A DNA stretch of 64,000 bases from Ruditapes philippinarum. Taxonomy: Eukaryota. The notes below the pieces were generated by a model, which saw nothing but the letters and a program-made list of their open reading frames with translations, did no database searches and was not told the DNA's origin. Below, one piece after another: positions 1 to 11,220 of the stretch. The stretch covers positions 124,001-188,000 of the forward strand of contig NW_026858411.1 in assembly GCF_026571515.1 (NCBI RefSeq), in the 5' to 3' direction. The translations under genes were made by a program, and so were the position numbers. How positions within the stretch are numbered: position 1 is the stretch's first letter; each line of letters opens with the position of its first letter.

Positions 1-341
1 GCAATTTCTTCAACTGACTACAAAAACTAATCTTTGTTACTTGTATTATATGAATTATGTGGCTGGCAGATCTTTAATCATTGGATATGTGTGACCATAA
101 TGACATAATAATTACAAATAATTGATGGTTGGAGCTTGGTAATTGTAAAGTAAATGTCCTTCATGACAAAAAATCATCAAAACAAATTGCATTGTATCTC
201 ATCGACTTCATTTCCAAATTATACAAAGGAAGTGTTATTTCCGACCTTAAAATTGACATTGAATTGGTAAGAAATATAAATATCTTACTTAATGCTTCGG
301 GCAAACTATTATATATCGGAGTAATAGGCATTGCAATAAAG

Positions 342-1121
342 TTACAGAGTGTCAGTTTGATATAATTCTACTATTAAATCAGGTTTGAAGCTGTCGTCGC
401 ACGTGAGAAAGCGTAAGAAAATTTCCACCATCGTCTTGACCGAAATTTTTCTATTAACAGGATTCAAGTCATTAAACCATCTACGGTCAACATTCTCATC
501 GTTATGCTCGGCCGATTCAAACATAACAATATGTTCTTTTTCTGTTATCATCCCATCTCCATCAATGTCCATTAAGTTACATACAAGTTCCTCGTTTTCC
601 CACATTCTTTTGACAAACATTTCTTTATCTGACTCATATGCCTTTCTCTGGTACTCAACAAATTCGGCCTCCGTGATTTCTGACTGTCCCCACATTAGGT
701 ACTCACCCCACCATTTGGTGTATGTATCCACTGCAACTTTCCTTCGCTTAGAAGTTAAATGATGGAGATTAGCGAATCTATTCCTAAAACATCATTCACA
801 ATATTTTCATTCTTGTATTAATAATTTAATTGTAAATTTCTTTATAAGTTTTATATAGTCACATCTTGCAACAAACATGGCAAATAAATAGTTGTCTTAT
901 TTTCAAACGATATTACTTGAAGCATAATATCGAAATTATGTTTCGTATTATTTTAACTTTCAAATATTAAAAACTCTATCACCGTTATCATTTATAATGT
1001 AAGTGAGTAAATACCTTGCTGTTTCTAAATCTGCAGCATTCACCTTGCAATCTTTGTCATGATCAAACCAGGAAAACCATATTTTCCATTTTGAGATAAG
1101 AAAGTTGTTGGCCTTTGTAGT
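342..1121 (-). CDS. SCP-like EF-hand calcium-binding protein (copy A1); own start codon mutated ATG>AAG, so it is either a pseudogene or initiated from an upstream exon
   Basis: Exons 1015-1121 (AG acceptor, GTAT donor) and 342-783 (TTTTAG acceptor, TAA stop). Spliced frame reads ..KANNFLISKWKIWFSWFDHDKDCKVNAADLETAR|NRFANLHH..KWWGEYL..DIDGDGMITEKE.. It is closely similar to the 53209-54120 copy, which has ATG GCC AAT where this copy has AAG GCC AAC (1113-1115). Confidence 0.75.
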
Positions 1122-2289
1122 CTAGTATTATAAAAATGAAGTTTAAAGTTTAAGCTAAATCACTCGCAGAGGCATATAATGATTTTTTTTGTAAGGAAAC
1201 GTCATATGTCTACTAAGCTTTCAATTGACATAAAGGTATGATGCATTAAGTAGATTTAAACCTCTGATTACACTGCAGTTGGAATATAAATAGAAGTGTA
1301 ACGGACCTCTAAATGATCAAATATATCGCTCATTGTTGGGCCTTAGTTATCGTCTTATCTAAAATCATGTTTGAAATCATATTGTTTCTGACATTACCCT
1401 TCGTAGGATAGAGTAAATGGACCTTTATGATAAGCTAATTTTAATGTGATTGACATAAGGCTCGCCTTAATATGTTAAATATTCTTACAGCTGTATGGTC
1501 TTTACAAGTTTTATGCAATTGAAACTAGCAATAATTAAAATTTGTTTCTCTGCTGGTTGTCTGTATTTTCATTTTTATATTGTGTTACTTTGTTTGATGA
1601 ATAGGTTGTAAGTCATACTGGCTTTGTTAATGTCATATGGTTATACAATCCAAACACACGGCAGTTAGGAGCAGAAACCTGAAGCAATAGAGGGACATAT
1701 TAACTTATATACATTAATGTCCCATGATAAAGATATAAACTTAAAATGATAAGCAGAAGCTCTGGCAGTTTAAGTAACCCTAAAGCTGTTTTACCATAAA
1801 TGTCACGGAACGAATATAACCATGTGAATGTGATTTATCTTAAAAGATATGTTTTATGTCATTGGATATGATACATGTGAAACAGACGCATTTTAATATG
1901 CCACTAACTTCTAGGAATTTGATACTTCTATTTCGAGTATCAGATTCTATTAAACTAACATCACCTTTGTAAAATCAGACAGTCCGTTCACCCGTTTATC
2001 CACTGCACAACTTTTTAATAACTTGGACAATGAATCACCATTATAAATTATGTGGAGAGTGCAATAATTTGGTTGCTATCGCCAAGTTCAAGGTCACACT
2101 TAAAGGTCAAGTGTTAAAATGTCTACATTTCGTGCCCACTCCATAACATTGAAACCGCTGCAACGTTTTAAAGATAAATTGGCAGAAATGATCATCATTA
2201 CAACACCATGTACAGAGTGCAACAAACGAGTCACGTTCCTCAATGTCAAGTAAACAATCAAAAGTCCAATGAAAAAAAAAACAGCTATT

Positions 2290-2890
2290 TTTCATGTCCG
2301 CTCTATAACATACTGACAATCAAAAGTTTTTAAAATGTAATCCCCTTCCGCAAAGGAAATTAAAAAGAGGAATATCATCCGTCCTTTCGCCTGTCCGGGC
2401 GAACACATTTGCACTTGTTGGCTACCAAGAACTATATAAAAGGTTACAGTAAATTTTATTGATTCCGTTAGAATTGTCCGGTACTTTTATGGTCTTATTT
2501 GGTACTTTTAAACAAAAGAAGTACCCAATAAGTGTCCTCTCGTTAGGGCGTCCGTATGGCCGTCCGTAACACGTTCGTGTCCGCCCATGGTATAGCAACT
2601 TTGCTTAAAACATTATACTACCAAATATGTAAAAACAACTTGTCAATATATGAAGTCTAAAACAACCAATAGTTACCGTGACATAAAAAATAAAAAGAGA
2701 GGGTTATCTACAAATGTATATACCTTCTAAATATGGAAGATAATTGGTCAATAACTGAGACATGCTTTTTTGATGATCAAAATGTGTTTATGATATACAT
2801 GGCACAACATCAAGGGCATGGTTGGTTAAAGGTCAAGAAGTACATTTTCATGTCAGATGCGGAAGGGGATTTAGCAGTCCTTCAAACATT
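2290..2890. mobile_element. Degenerate Helentron-associated (HINE/DINE-like) non-autonomous element remnant
   Basis: CCGT-type microsatellite (gtccgtatggccgtccgtaacac), a ggtcaag motif and a GC-rich gcggaaggggattt..gtcc end resemble mollusc HINE elements. Boundaries are uncertain. Confidence 0.35.
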
Positions 2891-3400
2891 CCAAATCATC
2901 TATTTACTGGAAATTTGAAATTTATCTAATTATGTAGATAATTATCTGTTACTTTAGTAACAAACACAAATGTTTTATAGATAAACAGATAATTATCTTT
3001 TATTTAACTGGTAAGTGTTGGTAGCCTTGGGCACTTTTTAGTGTTTTTCAAAGTTATCTAATTCGTTATTTATCAATATAACAGAAAAATATCTAGTTAA
3101 GTGTCTGTTATTTATCGTGTTAACACTTAAACTAACTAGTTAGTAGTATAGTTAATGTCATTATTATATGGTTAACTGTTGGCAGAAATATGCCACCATA
3201 CTTTGGCAAATACTATTTAAACATAATCAATTATCTCGTATCGTCTTAAGGTGCCAAAAAAACCAGCTACAAATACAGTAAGGTTGCACAAAAATAAAGA
3301 GGAGTGACCGCTTCGACCGTTTAGAAGTCTCAAAATACTTAAAATAGTTAACTGATGAATAAAAAAATATGTACTTTAACTTTATCGATTTCTGTAGTAT

Positions 3401-4202
3401 TGGGGCAGAATCATAGCCACTATATGACATTTTTGTAATATGCTGGGTTGGGGTAGAGAGCCCTTGTTTATGGCATATGCCACAGTCTTTCAAAAATAAT
3501 TAGAGTATTCACTTATAATTTGAACTAAAAAGCCACTGGCTTATATTCTGGGTTAGCATGCCGGCTTAAGCAGAAGTAAACATTTAAGCACAAACGTGGT
3601 CTCTGTAATAGAAAATTAACATTTGGTACTGAAAAACCACTTAAAGTTAAGTATAGAGCTTGTATACGACGATTAGGGTAAAGGTGATAACAGGAATGGA
3701 AGTAGAGCCAGTATGGTGCATTGGGGCAGAATCATAGCCACTATATGACATTTTCGGTATGTGCTGGGTTGGGGTAGAGAGCCTTTATTTATGGCAAATG
3801 CTACAGTCTTACAAAAATAATTACAGTATTCACTTATAATTTGAATTAAAAAGCCACTGTCTTATATCCTGGGTTAGCATGCCGGCTTTAGCAGAATTCA
3901 ACATTTAAGCACAAAAGTGGTCTCTGTAATAGAACATTAACATTTGGTACTGAAAAACCACTGTGAGTTAAGTATAGAGCTTGTATACGACGATTAGGGT
4001 AGGGGTGATAACAGGAATGGAAGTAGAGCCAGTATGGTGCATTGGGGCAGAATCATAGCCACTATATGACATTTTTGTAATATGCTGGTTTGGGGTAGAG
4101 AGCCCTTATTTATGCCAAATGCCACAGTCTTACAAAAATAATTACAGTATTCACTTATAATTTGAATTAAAACGCCATTGTCTTATATCCGGGGGTAGCA
4201 TG
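3401..4202 (+). repeat. 321-bp tandem repeat, about 2.5 copies (left arm of the element)
   Basis: Units start with TGGGGCAGAATCATAGCCAC at 3401, 3722 and 4043 and are near-identical. Confidence 0.95.
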
Positions 4203-4249
4203 CCTAATTGTGTTGGTTTATGTTATTCTTATTTCTTTTTCTTTTTTAG

Positions 4250-5082
4250 GTACGTACAAGTATCGTGGGAGGAGTTATAAAGTTTGTCCGGTGGGCAACT
4301 GTGCCGCGATAGTAGCAGACGTCCCTCTCCACTTAAGAGGTAAAGGACACTGTTTCACGAGGACGGCCTCTGTTCGCCGGGCAAAAGAGGCCATCAAAGT
4401 GACAGATATGTCGTGGCTTATCCCACCTCCTTCCGAATCGGAAGATGGCAGCCGGTCAGACGATACTGAGGCACCTCCGTCAGTTGCATCGGACAGGGAT
4501 ATGAACGCCCGAAGGTTTACGCCCTTGGTGCCCCAGAAAGCTGACAAGGCCCGTGCACCAGTGGTTGTCACGAGAAGAAGACACTTATTAGATAATTGGG
4601 TCTCTCATCTGAAAAGTTCGATAGGTGGAGACGTCACAGGAGAAAGAGCAAGGGAGTATATGGGAATAATAAAAAGGTATCTTAGATATATTGACTGCTT
4701 GGACACTCCTTGTCATATATTAGAAAAATCAACCCCACAGGTGCTATTAAACTACTTTAAGTCACGTCAGACAGAAAAGTCGCCATATTGGGCAAAAAAT
4801 GTAATTGTAAACCTCAGTAAGTTTCTTTCGTATTTAGAATTTCGAGGGTTTTTACAACCAGGATCGGCACAGGGGCACCGAGAAAGATGCAAGGGCCTTG
4901 CCCTGAGCCTTTCAAAGGCGATCACAAAACGACGAGTAAATACGCAAACGAAACTAAGGAAGAGGATTCTAAAAATAGACAATAATGAGTTTAGTGACCA
5001 TATAAAATTCAGAAGTGCAATACGTTACATGGGTACCGAGTTTACAAAACTGACGCAACCGTTCCAGAAATTTTTGATTTGC
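4250..5082 (+). pseudogene. Element protein, N-terminal part: C2H2-like zinc finger plus helical domain resembling a tyrosine recombinase core-binding (SAM-like) domain
   Basis: Strong polypyrimidine/AG acceptor at 4248-4249. Contains CPVGNC-x9-H-x5-H. The segment LLDNWVSHL..RAREYMGIIKRYLRYI..NYFKSRQTEKSPYWAKNVIVNLSKFLSYL resembles integrase N-terminal helices by eye. The frame is interrupted at 5083 by a retroelement. Confidence 0.6.
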
Positions 5083-6481
5083 AAAAAATATGATAAACAA
5101 GATCAACAAGGAAAGGCGGCGTTCAATGAACGCATCCCCCACATGACCCTGCAACAAGAACCAATGGCAAGGAGCCCAGGGGGACCCCAAACAAAAACAG
5201 GACAGGGCAAAGACAGAGCACGGACAGGTTAATCATTAAATGATAATTAATTTGTAACTGATTAGGAATTCAAAGAAAATAAAAATAGGCCCACAAAGGG
5301 GAAGGGGACAGGTGACCGGGGGAGGGTGTGGGGAGTAATCAAAGAAATAAAAACTAGAGGCAATGGGGAAGATACTTACCGTAGACGAGAAAACAACAAG
5401 GGACACAAGCAAAAGTGTCACCAAAACAGTATGAAACAACATAAGACATACATCTGAGGAACACAGTGGGGCGCCGCCTTGGAACGGTCAGCAGCATAAT
5501 AATGACTGCTGGGGAGTTTAAACCGGTTAATGGTGCACCAAACCTCGCTCTTAGCCCCACCATGTTCCTATAAACGAGACAGTGTAAATAAAATGAATCC
5601 CCGCCAAGTGAAATTCTAACAGTTGTCATGGTTACAAAAGGTTAAATAAGTAAAACACTAAAATGATCATGTAGAAACATATAAAAGTAAACCCAATGAC
5701 CATAACAAAAGTACTCAATGTCCTAAAGGAAGACAGAGCAACAAGAAAATCACCTACAAGGGCCGACGAAGCAAGGCAGAAGACGAACATTAAGACAATT
5801 CAGTCCCAAAGGGCTTTACGAACTATCCATCATAGAGTCTCCCACTTGGTCCGTCAGATGCAATCAAAAGAGGAAAGCGTAGTGTCCAACTGTAAAAGGG
5901 TTGAACACTAAACATGCAGTATGTCTTAAAATAGTAGGGTCATAACCTCTTTTAATAAAACGTTTAATGATTTTAGTAAAAACAGCAGAAAAATTACCAT
6001 GACCCAAAATCTTACGAAGTTTGTAAATCACATCGCCATAAAAACCAGGCTGGCTAATCCCTTGTCGCAGAAGAGTTTTTAAATCACTATTGAATTTGGA
6101 AATTAAATCAAAGTTACGATTGTAAAATTAAGTAAAATATTTCCGTAATTTATGATAGCGGTAGCCCTGTTTTAGAAGCTTGCTGGTAATAAAAATATTC
6201 CGCTCGTTGAAATCCTTTACGTTGCTACAAGCTCTAGCGAATCTAATTAACTGGGAAACATAAACCCCGTAAGATGTTGCATGGGGTACGTCTCCATCAA
6301 AATGTGGATAATTAACTATACAAAAGTCAAAGTCATCTCTTTTATCATAGATTTTCGTGTGAATAGAATTGTTGTTGATAGTAATATGAAGATCCAAAAA
6401 TGATGTACTAAAATTTGAAGAGTTCGTTTTATTAAGTTGTAGTTCATGCGGATAAATGTCAGACACCATTTGATCAAAATA
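5083..6481 (-). mobile_element. 5'-truncated Penelope-like retroelement (Naiad/Chlamys-like RT C-terminus plus 3' UTR), decayed
   Basis: Minus-strand translation YFDQMVSDIYPHELQL..SFLDL..YDKRDDFDF..YGVYVSQLIRFARAC..KLRKYFT*FYNRN..HTACLVFNP..DSMM is typical of PLE RT thumb/C-terminus, with no C-terminal GIY-YIG. In-frame TAA at 6128. The 3' end is defined by a near-identical solo fragment at 21664-21728. Confidence 0.8.
5779..5842 (-). ncRNA. SECIS-like hairpin (form 2) at the end of the retroelement ORF, with the 3' core GA mutated
   Basis: Minus strand reads GGAGAC tct ATGAT GGATAGTTC gt AAA GCCC ttt GGG act GAATTGTCT TAAT gttc GTCTTC. This gives helix I, an AUGA core, a 9-bp helix II, unpaired AAA and an apical ministem. 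The 3' side has TAAT where TGAT is expected. Confidence 0.6.
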
Positions 6482-6759
6482 CTATCTTCAGTTCCATTGA
6501 AGAACGTAGTTACACTAAAGGTAAAACTGTGAGAAAGCGGCGCAGTTGGACGGCACATGCCGAGAATGATTTTTCAATGGATTTCAAGTATGAAATCGAT
6601 TTGTCCTCCGAGTTGAATAAAAGACCAAACAAGACAGGCATCACTGTCAAACTGGACCAAATGCCTAGTCTGAAAGAAAAGTGGGAGTCTTTGTCCGTTG
6701 ACAATATTAAAGACAAAATATGGACCCTGGCTAAAAGAAAACAAAAATTGAATCGCTAA
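6481..6759 (+). pseudogene. Element protein, C-terminal part (Myb/SANT-like RRSWT..IKDKIW segment)
   Basis: Same reading frame as 4250-5082 once the retroelement is removed: ..FQKFLIC|TIFSSIEERSYTKGKTVRKRRSWTAHAENDF..IKDKIWTLAKRKQKLNR*. Confidence 0.55.
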
Positions 6760-6780
6760 GGAAAAAAAAAGACTGTATTC

Positions 6781-7440
6781 AATTTTGTTATGATTTGGAC
6801 TGGACCCCTAGGGTTAGCTGATAAAGGGTCCAGTCTGGACTATGTGTCTCTAAATTTAAAAAAAAAAATCATAAATAGTAAAAAAAGAAAATAAAACAAT
6901 CAAGAAATAGAAAAAATATTAGATGATTTTTGTTGGAATTTTGTGTATATTGTTGATTTATTTATTTTTGTTTTATTTTTGTTATGATTTGGACCGGACC
7001 CCTAGGGTTAGCTGATAAAGGGTCCGGTCTGGACTACGTGTCCCTAAATTTAAAAAAAAAAATCATAAATAGTAAAAAAAAAACATAAAACAATCAAGAA
7101 ATAGAAAAAATATTAGATGATTTTTGATGCAATTTTGTGTGTATTGTTGATTTATTTATTATGTTTTATTTTTGTTAAGATTTGGACCGGACCCCTAGGG
7201 TTAGCTGATAATGGGGCCGGTCTGGACTTCGTGTCCCTAAATTTAAAAAAAAAAACCAATCATAAATAGTAAAAAAAGGCACATTAAACAATCAAGAAAT
7301 AGAAAAAAATATTAGATGATTTTTGTTGCAATTTTGTGTATATTGTTGATTTATTTATTTTTGTTATATTTTTGTTATGATTTGGACCGGACCCCTAGGG
7401 TTAGCTGATAAAGGGTTCAGTCAAGACTTCATGTCTATAA
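6781..7440 (+). repeat. ~195-bp tandem repeat (about 3.3 copies), each unit with a GC-rich hairpin
   Basis: GGACYGGACCCCTAGGGTTAGCTGATAA.. motif at 6797, 6991, 7184 and 7384, separated by A/T tracts. Confidence 0.95.
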
Positions 7441-7469
7441 AGCAATGAACTTTTTCCCTTGCATGTCTG

Positions 7470-9075
7470 TAGGCCTCATCGTGGCGCAAGGGTGAACACA
7501 TAATCGCATTTCGTAACTCGTATTTGCAATTATGTGGCAAACTACAGACGAATTATATATTAAATGAAGAGCCACTGTCTTACACACTGGGGTAACATAG
7601 TTTGAAATATATTGTTAAAATGAAGAGCCACTGTCTTATTACATCCTGGGGTAACATAGTTTGAAACCCTTTTGTCATCGTCGGGGTCGAGGTAATGCAT
7701 ACTACTATGACTATGACTAGGCCTCATCGTGGCTCAAGGGTGAACACATAATCGCATTTCGTAACTTGTATTTGCAATTATGTGGCAAACTACAGACGTA
7801 TTATACATTAAATGAAGAGCCACTGTCTTACACACTGGGGTAACATAGTTTGAAATATATTGTTAAAATGAAGAGCCACTGTCTTATTACATCCTGGGGT
7901 AACATAGTTTGAAAACCTTTTGTCATCGTCGGGGTCGAGGTAATGCAAACTACCATGACTATGAGTCCGTCTGTGTGCAGTGTAAGTCTGTCAATATGCA
8001 TATGTCTCCAGTGTGTAATATCATGTCTTCTCTCTCTCCAGTGTGTATTATTATATCACCATTTCTCAAGTGTTGAATATTAAATATACTCTTTTTCTCC
8101 AGTGTGTATTACTATGTCCACTATCTCCATTATGTATTATAATATCATCATTCTATTCAGTGTGTGTTATGTTATATCGCCCTTTCTCCCAGTGTGTCTT
8201 ATGATATCTTTTTTCTCTCTAGTATGTATTATAATGCCATCGTTTTCATCAGTACGTATCATTATAACTTCTTTCTCTCCAGTGGGTATTGTTATGTATG
8301 TATGTAAGTATGTAAGAGCCATTCTCTGACACCCTGGGGTAACATTGTTTGAAATATAACATGTTAAAATGAAGAGCCACTGTCTGACACCCTGGGGTAA
8401 CATTGTTTGAAAGTATATTGTCATCGTCGGGGTCGGGGTTATGCATTCTTCTATGACTGTGAACAAGTCAGTTTGTATGCAGTGTAAGTCTGTCAGTATG
8501 CTTCTGTCTACAATGTGTAATATCATATCATCTTTTCTCTAGTGTGAATTATTAAATCATCATTTTCACCAGTATTTTTTTTTTTTCCTCCAGTGTGGAT
8601 TATAACGTCCCCGTTATCTCCAGTATGTATTATGATATCATCATTCTTTCCGGTGTGTATTATTATATATAGCTCTCACCAGTGGGTATTATTATATCTT
8701 TTTTCCTCCATGTATGTATGCATGTTCATAGAAAAATATTATGTTAAAATGAAGAGCCACTGTCAGACACACTGGGGCAGCACCCTTCCAGCACCGGTGC
8801 GGAGCCAGGTGTCTTGCTCATCTATATATCTCGAAGAAATCGGAGAGCCACTGTGTGACACCCTGGGGTAGCATTGTTTGAAATATTATATGTTAAAATG
8901 AAGAGCCACTGTCAGACACCCTTGGGCAGAAACCCTTCCAGCACCGGTGCGAGCCAGGTGTCTTGCTCATGTATACATCTCGAAGAAATTGAAAAGCCAC
9001 TGTCTGACACCCTTGGGTAGCATTGTTTGAAATATCATATGTTAAAATGAAGAGCCACTGTCAGACACCCTGGGG
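7470..9075 (+). repeat. Right-arm array: 11 copies of AGAGCCACTGTCTGACACCCTGGGG-type sites, plus a ~250-bp duplication and a degenerate ~30-bp minisatellite
   Basis: TGGGG/TTGGG cores at 7588, 7647, 7836, 7895, 8335, 8393, 8773, 8864, 8922, 9013 and 9071. tctccagtgtgtattat-type repeats at about 7990-8300 and 8510-8710. Confidence 0.92.
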
Positions 9076-9589
9076 ATGTGGATAGAAAATGCTAGAATTG
9101 CGAAATTTACCTTTAGGTTAATTTAAAATCTTTCCTAGCTTTTATAATTCGACTCTTATTGAAAGGACTACATGAAATTTATGATATTATACTGATAAAT
9201 TTGATGATAAACAACAAAAAGTGCTTGGTATAAATGCAATGGTGTGATATTGTTTCATGTGCAAGCGAATAGGGTGTAAAATACATTCACAACAGCGAGC
9301 TCAATATGGTCTCTAAATAACACAGCTCTGAAAAATTGTAATACATGTATACTTAGAAAACGATGTCAATGAATAACTTATTTGTGATGAAGGTGGATAT
9401 ATCTTTAACTGAATTATTTTAAAGAATTTCAAGTCATAAACATTATTTCGGTTTTAAATCTTTCCTTAAGAAAATTGATCATGTTATCCTATTCTTTTCC
9501 AATTTTCAGTCCGAATCTTCATATTGTGATTCAAAACAAGTTGTTAAGTAAAATACACGAATAGAAACCGTGGCAATGAGAGATACACC

Positions 9590-11220
9590 TGTCATGTATC
9601 ATATCAAGCTTCGCTATAATTGTCATGAATCATATCAAGCGTCGCTATAATTGTCATTTACCTATCAAGCGCCCCCTCATTATCATGTATCGTATCAAGC
9701 GTCGCTATAATTATCATTTATCGTATCAAGCGTCGCTATAATTATTATGTATCGTATCATGCTTCGCTATAATTGTCATGTTTTGTATGAAGCTTCGCTA
9801 TAATTATCATTTATCGTATCAAGCGTCGCTATAATTGTCATATATCGTATGAAGCGTCGCTATAATTATCATTTGTCGTATCAAGCGTCGCTATAATTAT
9901 CATGAATTGTATCAAGCGTCGCTATAATTATCATGTATCGTATTAAGCGTTCGCTATAATTATCACTTATCGTATCAAGCACCGCTATTATTGTCATGTA
10001 TCGTATCAAGTGTCGCTATAATTATCATTTATCGTATCAAGCGTCGCTATAATTATCATGTATCGTATCAAGCGTCGCTATAATTATCATGTATCGTATC
10101 AAGCGTCGCTATAATTATCATTTATCGTATTAAGCGTCGCTATATTTATCATGTATCGTATCAAGCGTCGCTATAATTGTCATTTACCTATCAAGCGCCC
10201 CCTCATTATCATGTATCGTATCAAGCGTCGCTATAATTATCATGTATCGTATCAAGCGTCGCTATATTATCATTTATCGTATTAAGCGTCGCTATATTTA
10301 TCATGTATCGTATCAAGCGTCGCTATAATTATCATTTATCGTATCAAGCGTCGCTATAATTATCATGTATCGTATCAAGCGTCGCTATATTATCATTTAT
10401 CACAGGAACTTGAAATTCTATCAAATAACCAATATTAATGATAATATCCAAATATACCCCCTATATACTATAAATAAACAGGAACTTGAAATTCTATCAA
10501 ATAACCAATATTAATGATAATATCCAAATATACCCCCTATATACTATAAATAAACTTATTTATAGTATATAGGGGGTATATTTGGATATTATCATTAATA
10601 TTGGTTATTTGATAGAATTTCAAGTTCCTGTGCATTTATCGTATTAAGCGTCGCTATATTTATCATGTATCGTATCAAGCGTCGCTATAATTATCATTTA
10701 TCGTATCAAACGTCGCTATAATTATCATGTATCGTATCAAGCGTCGCTATAATTATCATGTATCGTATCAAGCTTCGCTATAATTATCATGTATCGTATA
10801 ATGCGTCGCTATAATTATCATGTATCGTATCAAGCGTCGCTATAATTATCATGTATCGATCAAGCGTCGCTATAATTATCATGTATCGTATCAAGCGTCG
10901 CTATTATTATCATGTATCGTATCAAGCGTCGCTATAATTATCATTTATCGTATCAAGCGTCGCTATAATTATCATTTATCGTATCAAGCGTCGCTATAAT
11001 TATCATTTATCGTATCATGCTTCGCTTTAATTGTCATGTATCGTATGAAGCTTTGCTATAATCATTATTTATCGTATCTAGCGTCGTTCTTATTATCATG
11101 TATCCTATCAAGCGTCGCGTTAATTGTCATGTATGGTATCAAGCGTCGCGGTAATTGTCATGTAAAGTATCAAGCACCGCGAAAATTGTCATATATATTG
11201 TCAAGCGTCGCGTTTATTGT
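9590..11220. repeat. 30-bp CpG-rich minisatellite (TATCGTATCAAGCGTCGCTATAATTATCAT)
   Basis: Dozens of near-identical tandem units, interrupted at 10401-10632. Confidence 0.97.
10401..10632. mobile_element. Fold-back MITE with 77-bp TIRs (CACAGG..CCTGTG), 7-bp TSD and a duplicated left arm; possibly P-superfamily
   Basis: TSD CATTTAT at 10394-10400 and 10633-10639. Arms at 10401-10477 and 10478-10553 (direct copy), a 2-nt loop, then the inverted arm 10556-10632. Confidence 0.8.

Larger units (their letters stand above)
3401..9075 (+). mobile_element. Tyrosine-recombinase-type (Crypton-like) DNA element, 5.7 kb, internally deleted and interrupted
   Basis: TGGGG direct repeats at 3401-3405 and 9071-9075. 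Removing the element gives tagtat-tgggg-atgtggatag, which matches the empty sites tagaattagagatgtggatag (49441) and tagaattatagatatggatag (41941) in paralogous introns. Flanks on both sides are homologous to those introns. Confidence 0.75.

Noticed and set aside
385-762. Antisense ORFs overlapping SCP exons (also 23004, 23161, 40582, 48008, 53429)
   Set aside because: Shadow frames of the real opposite-strand exons, with no independent motifs.
4210-5232. 340-aa ORF as a single intact gene
   Set aside because: The N-terminus is a translated intron polypyrimidine tract, and the residues after 5082 are read-through into the antisense 3' end of the retroelement.
6128-6130. In-frame stop in the RT as a selenocysteine codon
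   Set aside because: It is TAA, probably from AAA (Lys), not TGA; this is ordinary decay.
6797-6850. Hammerhead ribozyme in the 195-bp repeat (CTGATAA resembles CUGANGA)
   Set aside because: The core deviates and no GAAA follows the putative stem II on either strand.
8102-8871. Hydrophobic ORFs (8102-8329, 8167-8526, 8593-8871), and similarly 11036-11239 and 42896-43078
   Set aside because: These are translations of minisatellite units with no gene structure.
7560-9075. CRISPR-like repeat-spacer array
   Set aside because: The spacers are homologous to one another and range from about 35 to 400 bp. The context is eukaryotic and there are no cas genes.
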